From positions 1-64,000 of the IMG/VR virus record IMGVR_UViG_3300010885_064105: DNA of 64,000 nt; one strand, given 5' to 3'. Positions 38,117-47,744 of the stretch are shown here, in pieces. Origin of the DNA: an uncultured virus (IMG/VR IMGVR_UViG_3300010885_064105). Its lineage: Duplodnaviria; Heunggongvirae; Uroviricota; Caudoviricetes. The translations under genes and the position numbers were made by a program. Position 1 is the stretch's first letter. Every line of letters begins with the position of its first letter. Under the pieces are notes generated by a model. The model was not told where the DNA came from. It made no database searches and saw nothing but the letters and a program-made list of their open reading frames with translations.

Positions 38117-38449
38117 ATGAAAATAACATACAAGGCTAGTGATAAGCTTCAATTTGAATTAGAGGGCTCTGGACAAAAAGAAGTATTTAAAGAATTAGCT
38201 ATAATACAGGAAATTTTTTCTGAGGATAAATGCGGGTCATGTAAAAAGGATAATTTAAGATTTATTGTGAGAAATGTTGATAGTAATGACTACTATGAAT
38301 TGAGATGCAATGATTGTGGTGCGGTGCTGGCATTTGGTCAGCATAAAAAGGGTGGCACACTTTTCCCAAAAAGAAAAGACGATGAAAATAATTGGTTACC
38401 AAATAACGGTTGGCACAAATGGCAAAAAAACAATGCGGAAAAAACATAA
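38117..38449 (+). CDS. Zinc-ribbon hypothetical protein
   Basis: CGSC...CNDC, FGQHKKGGTLFP, GW. Confidence 0.7.
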   Translation: MKITYKASDKLQFELEGSGQKEVFKELAIIQEIFSEDKCGSCKKDNLRFIVRNVDSNDYYELRCNDCGAVLAFGQHKKGGTLFPKRKDDENNWLPNNGWHKWQKNNAEKT

Positions 38450-39366
38450 CGGGTTGGAATCGAAGCATAATATATGGCTATGAGTGTGGTCTGTGGCAAA
38501 GTACACTGTATCATACTATTTTACTATTAATTCTATCATTAATAACTAGTACAGATAACATAACCAAGCCTATTAAGATAGTACTATCTTTCACCTCGAA
38601 TAATGATAATGAAATTGTTTCTTTAGACAAAATTAGAGATCCTATAGAGATAGTTAAAGAAAAAGTAAGTTTAGTTGAAGAATATGAGAAAATAGACGTC
38701 AATAAAATAACATCTACTAATTTAGTTGACTTGTCTGTTAATCTGGAAGAAACTAGTGAGAATAATAGTGCAGAGCCAGAGATACATGAAAAAGATCTTT
38801 TAAGTTTTGTGGGGCCTGGATCTGATAAAAATGATGATGATTTTGTAGAGACAAATTCTTCTGGTAATATAAATAATCTTATTGATAATATTAGAACTTC
38901 AATAAATACTTCATTAGCAGAAAATAATGCTGGTATTGGAGATGAATTTAGCAGAAGACTGGCTGGCGCTGGTGCTAAGACTGGAGATGTTCAAATATCT
39001 ATAATGTGGAATACCACAGATGATATAGATTTACATGTTGTATATACTCCAGGAAATGGATCTACAGACAATATAAATTGGACTAATAGAATTGGCAGAA
39101 TATCTAATGGTATGTTAGATGTGGATAGAAATGCTAATGGTGGCATGTTAGTAAATAACCCTGTAGAAAATATATTCTGGCCCAAAGGATATGCTCCAAA
39201 TGGTTTTTTTACTGTATATGTGCATTTTTATAGATCTTGGACAGGCAATAATAGAGTTCCTGTTCTGGTCAGGCTAAAAATAGGAAATAAATTTGAAGAA
39301 ATAAAATGCTTAGCAATATTATATCAAAGCCCGCAGGAAATATCTAGATTTAAGTTTGAAAACTAA
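38419..39366 (+). CDS. Membrane-anchored YfaP/DUF2135-like protein
   Basis: N-terminal TM (STLYHTILLLILSLI), acidic linker, ISIMWNTTDDIDLHV...LDVD...PVENIFW. Confidence 0.75.
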   Translation: MAKKQCGKNITGWNRSIIYGYECGLWQSTLYHTILLLILSLITSTDNITKPIKIVLSFTSNNDNEIVSLDKIRDPIEIVKEKVSLVEEYEKIDVNKITSTNLVDLSVNLEETSENNSAEPEIHEKDLLSFVGPGSDKNDDDFVETNSSGNINNLIDNIRTSINTSLAENNAGIGDEFSRRLAGAGAKTGDVQISIMWNTTDDIDLHVVYTPGNGSTDNINWTNRIGRISNGMLDVDRNANGGMLVNNPVENIFWPKGYAPNGFFTVYVHFYRSWTGNNRVPVLVRLKIGNKFEEIKCLAILYQSPQEISRFKFEN

Positions 39367-39824
39367 TCTACGATAACGCCCCACTTATCTGCCGGACATT
39401 TTTGATCCTTATGGGCTAATTTGTTTTGATAGTTTGAGTCTCTAACAACGACACAGCCACATAATAAACAAGAGTCATCCCTATAATATTCACACCCTTT
39501 ACAAATGCTCAGTCGCTGCTCAATTTGTTCCTGTGAACAAATATTCTTGTCATTTTCCTTTACCAGAGAGGTTTTTTCAATTTTTTCTAAAATACTATCC
39601 TTTAAAGATCCTTTATCATCAATATGAAAAATATCATTTTTATTTTGATTATTATGAACATTATGTATTAAGGTAGATATATCCTCCATTTTTTTGAAAC
39701 ATAAGATTTGTGTTTCTGGATTCTCTAACCCAACAGTTAGTCCACAATAGTCACACTTATATAATGGTTTATTATTATAATAACTATTTAATGGTTTTAG
39801 TTCGCAGTATGTGGAGTTTATCAT
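39363..39824 (-). CDS. Cys-rich small protein (DUF6171-like C-terminus)
   Basis: QRLSICKGCE...CLLCGC...CPADKW; converges with the + strand operon (4-bp stop overlap). Confidence 0.7.
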   Translation of the reverse strand: MINSTYCELKPLNSYYNNKPLYKCDYCGLTVGLENPETQILCFKKMEDISTLIHNVHNNQNKNDIFHIDDKGSLKDSILEKIEKTSLVKENDKNICSQEQIEQRLSICKGCEYYRDDSCLLCGCVVVRDSNYQNKLAHKDQKCPADKWGVIVD

Positions 39825-40933
39825 AAAAATTCTATTTTATTAGCTCTACAGCAATATTGATCATCAGGACATTTAGTAGTACTAGTATCATAACATGATG
39901 GCGTATTATTGCAAGATATATTCTTATAATTAGAGGTTATTCTCAATGACGTATCGCATTGAGAAGATTTCTCATTACATTTTTTTGTTATCTCTTCTGT
40001 TTTTAAAATATCTTGAATATTTTTAGGACGTCTATAGTCATAGGTATAGTATGCCACTTCAACATAAACTTTAGTAGCTGCTGAAATAGCACCAGTATCA
40101 GTTGCTCTATACATAGTTGCATCGTATTCTAGTGTTGCAGAACCTAACTTGCATGTTCCTGGTACTATTCCTTCTACTATATCATTTACAGAATATACTC
40201 TAGGATCATTAAGCAAAAGTTCCTCATTGGGAATATTTCCAGGAATTGTATTCTTACATGCTGCTATATTATCAAATAGCTGCTTCATATTACTTCTCCA
40301 TTGCGACCCAAGAAGAGCATTGACTTCCGCATTTGATGTTTCTACTGGAAAAGCTACTTCTGTTCTACCAATATAAACATGCCATGGTCTAGACCCATCC
40401 CCCGATGCTCCACAATTACCATAACCACACTCTCTGTCGCAAAGCGGAGCACACTGATCACCTGATTGAGACGAACCAGGACAACGAATACATCCTCCTA
40501 TATTAGGCATTGGGCCATTTGAATTTGGATTACCTCCTATCAAAAAATATCCAAGTACACATGTTCTAGTTTCTGTAATTATTTCCCAATTAGGATGAAA
40601 ATCACTAGTTGTAGCAGAATCTGATACTATACTATCATTAGAACATTCGCTATCAATAGAATCAACAACAGAGAAAGTATCATTAGGAATTTTAACAATA
40701 ATAGACGGACAAGAATTTGTAATAGTAATTGGTATACAGACCTTTTTACCTCCTCCCATAATAACGGTTATTTTATTATTATCATATGTTATATCGCATA
40801 ATTTTTGAGAACATGACGGAGTATAATTTGGATTATTTGTTGTTGTTATTGCTTTATGTATATAATAAGTTTTGGCTGGAGATGATTGATTGAAACTCCA
40901 TATGCATTTTTCTGTAAAAGATACGCTACTCAT
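39821..40933 (-). CDS. Cys-rich hypothetical protein, probably virion-associated
   Basis: 370 aa in the tail module; in frame with the upstream giant ORF. Confidence 0.65.
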   Translation of the reverse strand: MSSVSFTEKCIWSFNQSSPAKTYYIHKAITTTNNPNYTPSCSQKLCDITYDNNKITVIMGGGKKVCIPITITNSCPSIIVKIPNDTFSVVDSIDSECSNDSIVSDSATTSDFHPNWEIITETRTCVLGYFLIGGNPNSNGPMPNIGGCIRCPGSSQSGDQCAPLCDRECGYGNCGASGDGSRPWHVYIGRTEVAFPVETSNAEVNALLGSQWRSNMKQLFDNIAACKNTIPGNIPNEELLLNDPRVYSVNDIVEGIVPGTCKLGSATLEYDATMYRATDTGAISAATKVYVEVAYYTYDYRRPKNIQDILKTEEITKKCNEKSSQCDTSLRITSNYKNISCNNTPSCYDTSTTKCPDDQYCCRANKIEFL

Positions 40934-40936
40934 AAT

Positions 40937-43900
40937 TTATCTTTTTTTATATCCCATTAAAGTTATAGAATGTCTACAATATTCAAAAGAGTAAGGAAAC
41001 GTTGAAATTCCTGCGCAACTACCACGTCTACAATATCCATATGTATAATCTTGACACTCACAAGCATCTGCAGTAGATCCTGGGTTTGGAGGATAAAAAA
41101 CTCCAAAAGGACTAAATCGAGCGTCGTCAATTGAATGACAGGATGTGTCGCTGTCACCCGATGAAGAATCAAAACTTGGTGTATAATCCTTAACAGCGGT
41201 AGTTTTAGGAATATCTTCTATACCTCCAAGATTTGTATTTACTCCGCAATTAAGTAGAGACGTGGATCCATTAAAGCACCTATTAAAAACTCCTCTGCTC
41301 TTGTCGCCGTCACCAACCATAATAGTAGTTTCTGTACTAGTAAATTCTGTTCCAACAGCAACAGACGGACCAACTCCTCTATTGACCGGATAATCATAAG
41401 AAAAATCATTTCTGTCAGAACAAGCTTGATGACTTGAATAATATATTGGTAAACCCCTTTCGCAGATGCAACCTCTAGTTGGATCTCCAGGGTAATTAGT
41501 ACCAGAACACGCATAATCACTTAATTCTATTGGAAACTCAGCTGTTGCGGTTAGTTGCGGTGGCTTACTACAATCAAGAGTATTAGTAACAGTAGCCGAA
41601 GTTATTGCTTTTGAAAGAGTCAAGCCAAACTGGCCTCTTTCTGTACAGGTTGCTACTTGGGTAATTCCAGGTCCACTTACAACACTATCTGCCACTATAA
41701 GACTAGTTCCAGTAGTTCTTTCTTCATAAATTTTTGAATCTATATATCCAGCAGATAATGACGAACAATATAGTCTAATATTAACTATTCCATTATCATC
41801 TTTTTCTATTCTAAATTGCATATCTACATTACCAATAGTAACATCAACCTGTTTATTTAATGCTAAAATACCATCTATAGATATAGATCCATTTATTTTA
41901 CGATCAGAACAATCGGCTGTATTATCTAAATCATATGGTATATTTTTGTATATATCTTTAGCTTCAATTTCTGGCTCTATATACTTGTATAAATCTTTAT
42001 TTTTAATATAATCACTTAAATTATCTATTCTTTCTAAATTAATTTTTTGTTGTTCTCCATATATTAGACGAAACAACATCTCATTAGCTAAAGTATCTGT
42101 ATTATTTACAAGAGCTGTATGATCAGTAACTATACTAGAAGAAAGCATGCTTTGATATTCTTCATTTAAAACAGAAACTTTAGCATCATTTGGTCTTGGA
42201 ATATTTGTAGAGTTACATAATGACTCTTGAAATAAGGTACTATCTGGATTAAGTTCAAATCTTTGAATATAATTAACTCCACTATTCCCTATTGGATTAT
42301 AAAATCCTCCATCATATGATAAAATATATGGAATATCATTTTTTTTTGCAATATCTGATATTGATAATTGTTTAGGGGTATATGCTGTGTATGTTGATGA
42401 GAAACTATCCCAACCAACAGTACTAATGCCGCATGTTTTACTATCACAACCAGTAAGAGTATCAGAATCACAATAAACAGGATACCTTGCAAAAGTACCT
42501 CCTCCAGTAGACGAACTTGTAAAATGACTAAAATCGAATACAGAATTGTTAGGAATAGTAATATCACCCAAAGTAATACCTCCTGCCCTAAACATTTGTC
42601 TACATCCATCAGTGGGAGTACTTGGAAGATTACTTCCGCTATAAGTAATAGACGTCAATTGAAGAGGAGTATCATTAATTCTTAATGTATTAGAATAAAA
42701 ACCTCCAACCGAACTTTGTAATGTTAAGGATGATTTTAGTTTATTTTGTGAATCTAAGTTAATCCAAAAATATTCTTTTTGATTTGCTCTTGGAGATAAA
42801 TAACCCGCCCAATCATGATTACTTTCTAAATTTGTATATATTCCACTAATATTAATTATCCCAGACCATAATTTATTATTGGTAAAATTAAAAGAAGAAT
42901 TTATAGTACTTCTAATAGTATTACTACTTTCACCAGGATTAGGCAAAATATTAATATCTATAAAGGGCAGATAATTATTTATAGGTAAATAGTCATATCT
43001 AGCTAAATCTTTATAGTAGTCTACATTATATTTTTGATGAATAGTATAGTAAACTAGCCCCGTCGTAGATAAATTAATATTACTATTTGAGGTTTTTAAT
43101 AAAAAATTATGATTAGAATAATTAGCATTATTAATGATTGTTTTATAAAAATGATTAAGATATGGCGAAGAAGGATAGAATTGATTTAAATAATTATTAT
43201 TATATATATAGCTAGTAATTTCATTAATCTGTTTTCGGTCATCAAAACCTATCAAGTCTCCCCACTTAGTTTCTATAATAGGATTATATAAAACATGATC
43301 TGTCTCTTTTTTAAGACCCAATGAAGACTTTAAATCCTTAAAAACAAGGAAAGAATCCATACCATCAGCGCTTTGGTCATTTTGGTATAGCCTATTAAAA
43401 TCTAAATATGCAGTATCATATCGTAAATTATTCTCTAATACTAGTTCAGTATATATTTTGATATATTGATCTTTAGATGAACTACTTGATTTTATTCTAT
43501 TGCCATATCGATCAACAACATGTGCATAAATATTTTTTTCTATTATTTTACCCACATATTGTTTACTAGGCTTTGAAGCATCAACTATTACTATCTCTTG
43601 GTTGCATAATTTTTTAGTATTATATACATATCCTAATTGATTAGCTGAAGTATAGTCAATATGTAGATCGCTAAAATTAGTATATAAATAATTATAATCA
43701 GAAAAAATATAAGAACTTGCTTGGTTTTTAGGACCATCAATATATCTATATCTTAATCCATCACCTAATTTAATTTCAGGATTGCTATACGTTATAGACT
43801 CTTGCTCATCAGAAGTCATATTTTCAATGGTAGAACTAGCAATAGTAGTAGCAGAATCTTTTTCGGCAATATAAAAATATGGTCTTACTCCCTCTAATAT

Positions 43901-46900
43901 TATTTGTTTAGCATTATTTGTATTTTTGCTAATTTTTAGTAAGTACTTATTATTAATAAAAATTAAATTTGGATCATCAATATTTTTTATAGGATAATTG
44001 TAAATAAAATTAAAATCAATATTTTTTTTAGGAACTGCTGGCAACCAAGGACCTATTGCTGTTGTATCTTTTTCATTATTTAAATATTCAAATACAAATG
44101 GTGGACCTATACTTAAATTATTATTGTTATAAAATCCTCCTATATTTGGAATGCTGTATTCATACCATCCATTATTAATAAATAAATATAGTCTTAATTT
44201 TCTATGATTATCAAAATCATTAATCTGACTTATGGTTCTTCGTATAGTATCATTCATTTCTCCATATAATACAATTCCACTCGTGCTATATTGAGCACTT
44301 GGAGAAAAATTATCTTTATCATAGTCTATAATATAATTATATGTATCATATTGAATAATAGGGGTTTTATCTGTATAGCTAGAGTCAGAAGTTAGGCCTT
44401 TATTAGGATGAAAAAATCCCTTTTTCAAAACTCCAAGAGATTTTGGCTTTTTGATATAAAAATTTAAAATTTGTTTTCGTGGTATTTTATAAAACTTTAT
44501 AGAAACAGAAGATGTCTCATCCCCTCTTGATGCAAAAATATTTTTTTGACAAAAACTACCAAAAGGAGGATATAGTTCGTATCTAGACGCTAATGCTTCA
44601 AGATATGGATTAGTTATAGATATAGATACAGTATTAGAAAAAGTATTTCCTTTTGAAGCTATATTTTTTTTCTGTTTAGAATATAATGTTGTATTATCAA
44701 TTATAACTTCATTTGCAAATCTTTGGTAGCCCAGATTAGGAGAAGCTCCTCCTTCGATAATCGGAATTCCTTCTTCATTTCCAATTGGAATCATTCCTGT
44801 AATTTCAAAATACTCATTAAGTATAGTAGGTTTGAATAAATCTATATCTTCTATAATTTCAGCCCAAATATCTGAATGAACAGTATTATAAGATGGTAAA
44901 GTTATATTATAATATGTTGTAACATAATTATTTAATGTAGCTGTTACGGATCTACTTTTCCCATATGGGTAAATAGGATCAATATATTTACTTGCTGAAG
45001 ATAAAATATTTTCTGGTTCAGGGTGGCCGGGAATTCTAAATTCAGCTAAGGCTTGAGTTAGGCCATTTAATGTACTTCTTTTTGATGTTCTATCATTTTT
45101 ATATGACTCAAGAGTTGTTCCATCTTTATCTATTGATAATCCAGCTAATTCCATAAATTTTATAGTTTCGCTTAAATTATTAATTTCTTTTTTCAGAGCA
45201 GCAATTTGACTTGAAATTTCTCCTCCTCCTAACAATTTATTAATATCATTTAATGAATATCCGCCATAGGCTTTAACTGGTGGACTAAATTGTGTAGAAA
45301 GATTAGGGGTATATATACTACCAGCTCCATATGTTATTTGTGAAGAACCGCATCTATAAGGAAAATCAGTCACCTTTAACATATTAAAACATTTACATTT
45401 ATTAGATATGGGGAATGCTCTACAACCAGCGCTATCTGATGAGCTACCTCTTAATTTTTCTATTTTTAAAGAATATATCTTAATACCAACATTACTAGTT
45501 GTAAATTCTAGCTTACAAATACCTCCATTGGTATCATTAAATAATGAGTTACTACCGAATGCTGTTGTTCCGCTAATGTTGTCACCAAATAAGTTATTTT
45601 TAAAAAATACTCCTCCTTGATGATGAAAAGCAACATAGTCAAGATGCGGATTAAATGCAGCAGCAGGATAAGACCGTTTATAATATAAGGTATTGTTTTG
45701 AATATTCCTAGCGGGCCTATCTCCAAAAGCAGATCTTTGATCGCACCAGCTGTCATTACCAGTATATTCTGTGCATATCTTATTTGCCTTGACATTTGGT
45801 AAATAATACGTACTATCTGGATCACAAAAATTACATGGATAGTTATCCGAATCATTATAGTTATTACAACAGCTATTTGCAGGAGTTTGTCCATTTACGA
45901 GTATTCTTGGATAATTATCTGAAAAAGTATAACAACCACTATTATAGGGAACCTCTTTTATTGTACTACTATTTAATAGTAACCCTGCTGTTTGAATACT
46001 ATTTGTTTTTACCATAGCATTATTTTTACAAACAGCTTTATATTGGGTACCTGTATTTAAACGAGATTCAAATGTGACATTTCCTACAACAAACTTTTGA
46101 GAATAGCTAAAATTCTTTTGCAATGTATTAGCGGTACAGTCTGTTGTTGGCGTACAAGTATTTGAGCTCATTTTCACATCAGATATTGAAGCAACAACGT
46201 CGAAATCTAAATCTATTAAACATTGATGATTAATATTATTAGATAATTGTATAGTAGATGTGGTATTATGAGGACACCATAGATAGGCCCCATATTTATT
46301 TGCTAATGTATTAATTAAATCTCCAGAGTTTTTAATATAGTTAAGTTTACCGACTGATCCATACTCAGTACCAGATAACATATCTATATTTAATCCGGAA
46401 ATTTGAAAATAATTATTAATTATATATGAATATGATGCATTCCTTTTTGTTAAATCAACTGTTATTTCATCATATTCTGGAGCTGTTGCCAACAAAGCCG
46501 CCAAATCAAATTTTTGTTGTACTGTTTTACTAGAGCCATCAGCGCTCACAGCTTTATTTATTCTATTATAAATAGACCTAAATTTAGAATATATATTAGC
46601 AGATATGTAGGTAAATGCTGATCCTGATGGAATAATTTCAGCTACTCCTGATGCTTTTATAATTTTTAATCCGGAGGGACATGGTTTAATTGCATTTGAA
46701 GCACTATCAAATTCTGTTATAGTATTATTTGGTTCTGGTCCGTCATTCGTTGCATAAAAAACATCTCCAGGAGAAATATATAAATCAACACCTTTTATTG
46801 GTCTAGTATCCGAAGTTTTATTTGTATCAAAATATCTATACCAGCATAAAACACCAGAATTATAATTCCATTTCCAATAAGATGCTACTTTTTTTGTTTT

Positions 46901-47737
46901 AATAAAAATATTATGGTAAGTATCTTTATCAAAACCATATGGAGTTATAAAGTTATCAACATCTGGTAGTAATTTATTAATATTTGATTCTGATTCATTT
47001 AAAGAACTTCTATGTATAAAATTACCACATGTTTGAGATAAATATTTGGCTTTATTATAAGCTTTGTCATGATCATACTGTGAATTATATTGAGAGGTTG
47101 ATAAATCGTATGGTATTTCATCAATAGTTTCTTTTATTCTCCAATCTATTATTAGTTGTGGAGATTGGGAAAATATGCTAGTTAAAGAATTTTGAGGAAA
47201 TGTTATAAATGAACCAAAACCTAATCCAGGATTTGATGCTGCTGGGAATTGTTTAAGATACTTGAAATCAAAAAATTTATTCAAATAATTTTGGTTCAGT
47301 ATTGGTATTTTTTGTAAATAATCATCTTTCCTCATTCTTGTATCACAGGCCCCACTTGAACAATCAGATGTAAAAGGACCCTTGGAGGCACCATCGGCAT
47401 CTGTCAGATTCCAAGTTGCCTTATAATCTGGTGTCAAAAAATTATTACAATATGAACAATTAAAAGAAGCATCTAATTGTAATGTGTCATAATCATAGCT
47501 ACTAGCATCTGTACAGTTTGTGGGATCGAATGATACTTGTGAAGGATTACTTTTTGGTTGTATTAAAAAATCAACATCTGATAATGTTGAAGAAGATATA
47601 ATGATAGGTAACCAAAGTCCACTAGTACTGCTATCAAAAGCAGGTATTAGTGCAGATAACGCTGTGGTATTAATAGTAGCTTGACTATAATTAACACTTT
47701 CTAATAATGATTTATTGAATATGTAACAACTACTCAT
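40937..47737 (-). CDS. Very large putative tail/structural protein
   Basis: About 2266 aa from ATG 47737; Asn/Ser/Tyr-rich with Cys clusters; tail-module position. Confidence 0.7.
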   Translation of the reverse strand: MSSCYIFNKSLLESVNYSQATINTTALSALIPAFDSSTSGLWLPIIISSSTLSDVDFLIQPKSNPSQVSFDPTNCTDASSYDYDTLQLDASFNCSYCNNFLTPDYKATWNLTDADGASKGPFTSDCSSGACDTRMRKDDYLQKIPILNQNYLNKFFDFKYLKQFPAASNPGLGFGSFITFPQNSLTSIFSQSPQLIIDWRIKETIDEIPYDLSTSQYNSQYDHDKAYNKAKYLSQTCGNFIHRSSLNESESNINKLLPDVDNFITPYGFDKDTYHNIFIKTKKVASYWKWNYNSGVLCWYRYFDTNKTSDTRPIKGVDLYISPGDVFYATNDGPEPNNTITEFDSASNAIKPCPSGLKIIKASGVAEIIPSGSAFTYISANIYSKFRSIYNRINKAVSADGSSKTVQQKFDLAALLATAPEYDEITVDLTKRNASYSYIINNYFQISGLNIDMLSGTEYGSVGKLNYIKNSGDLINTLANKYGAYLWCPHNTTSTIQLSNNINHQCLIDLDFDVVASISDVKMSSNTCTPTTDCTANTLQKNFSYSQKFVVGNVTFESRLNTGTQYKAVCKNNAMVKTNSIQTAGLLLNSSTIKEVPYNSGCYTFSDNYPRILVNGQTPANSCCNNYNDSDNYPCNFCDPDSTYYLPNVKANKICTEYTGNDSWCDQRSAFGDRPARNIQNNTLYYKRSYPAAAFNPHLDYVAFHHQGGVFFKNNLFGDNISGTTAFGSNSLFNDTNGGICKLEFTTSNVGIKIYSLKIEKLRGSSSDSAGCRAFPISNKCKCFNMLKVTDFPYRCGSSQITYGAGSIYTPNLSTQFSPPVKAYGGYSLNDINKLLGGGEISSQIAALKKEINNLSETIKFMELAGLSIDKDGTTLESYKNDRTSKRSTLNGLTQALAEFRIPGHPEPENILSSASKYIDPIYPYGKSRSVTATLNNYVTTYYNITLPSYNTVHSDIWAEIIEDIDLFKPTILNEYFEITGMIPIGNEEGIPIIEGGASPNLGYQRFANEVIIDNTTLYSKQKKNIASKGNTFSNTVSISITNPYLEALASRYELYPPFGSFCQKNIFASRGDETSSVSIKFYKIPRKQILNFYIKKPKSLGVLKKGFFHPNKGLTSDSSYTDKTPIIQYDTYNYIIDYDKDNFSPSAQYSTSGIVLYGEMNDTIRRTISQINDFDNHRKLRLYLFINNGWYEYSIPNIGGFYNNNNLSIGPPFVFEYLNNEKDTTAIGPWLPAVPKKNIDFNFIYNYPIKNIDDPNLIFINNKYLLKISKNTNNAKQIILEGVRPYFYIAEKDSATTIASSTIENMTSDEQESITYSNPEIKLGDGLRYRYIDGPKNQASSYIFSDYNYLYTNFSDLHIDYTSANQLGYVYNTKKLCNQEIVIVDASKPSKQYVGKIIEKNIYAHVVDRYGNRIKSSSSSKDQYIKIYTELVLENNLRYDTAYLDFNRLYQNDQSADGMDSFLVFKDLKSSLGLKKETDHVLYNPIIETKWGDLIGFDDRKQINEITSYIYNNNYLNQFYPSSPYLNHFYKTIINNANYSNHNFLLKTSNSNINLSTTGLVYYTIHQKYNVDYYKDLARYDYLPINNYLPFIDINILPNPGESSNTIRSTINSSFNFTNNKLWSGIINISGIYTNLESNHDWAGYLSPRANQKEYFWINLDSQNKLKSSLTLQSSVGGFYSNTLRINDTPLQLTSITYSGSNLPSTPTDGCRQMFRAGGITLGDITIPNNSVFDFSHFTSSSTGGGTFARYPVYCDSDTLTGCDSKTCGISTVGWDSFSSTYTAYTPKQLSISDIAKKNDIPYILSYDGGFYNPIGNSGVNYIQRFELNPDSTLFQESLCNSTNIPRPNDAKVSVLNEEYQSMLSSSIVTDHTALVNNTDTLANEMLFRLIYGEQQKINLERIDNLSDYIKNKDLYKYIEPEIEAKDIYKNIPYDLDNTADCSDRKINGSISIDGILALNKQVDVTIGNVDMQFRIEKDDNGIVNIRLYCSSLSAGYIDSKIYEERTTGTSLIVADSVVSGPGITQVATCTERGQFGLTLSKAITSATVTNTLDCSKPPQLTATAEFPIELSDYACSGTNYPGDPTRGCICERGLPIYYSSHQACSDRNDFSYDYPVNRGVGPSVAVGTEFTSTETTIMVGDGDKSRGVFNRCFNGSTSLLNCGVNTNLGGIEDIPKTTAVKDYTPSFDSSSGDSDTSCHSIDDARFSPFGVFYPPNPGSTADACECQDYTYGYCRRGSCAGISTFPYSFEYCRHSITLMGYKKR

Positions 47738-47744
47738 TGATAAC

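Noticed and set aside
41178..41185. GGTGTATA on the + strand inside the giant minus-strand gene
   Set aside because: No downstream + strand gene; compatible with chance in AT-rich DNA
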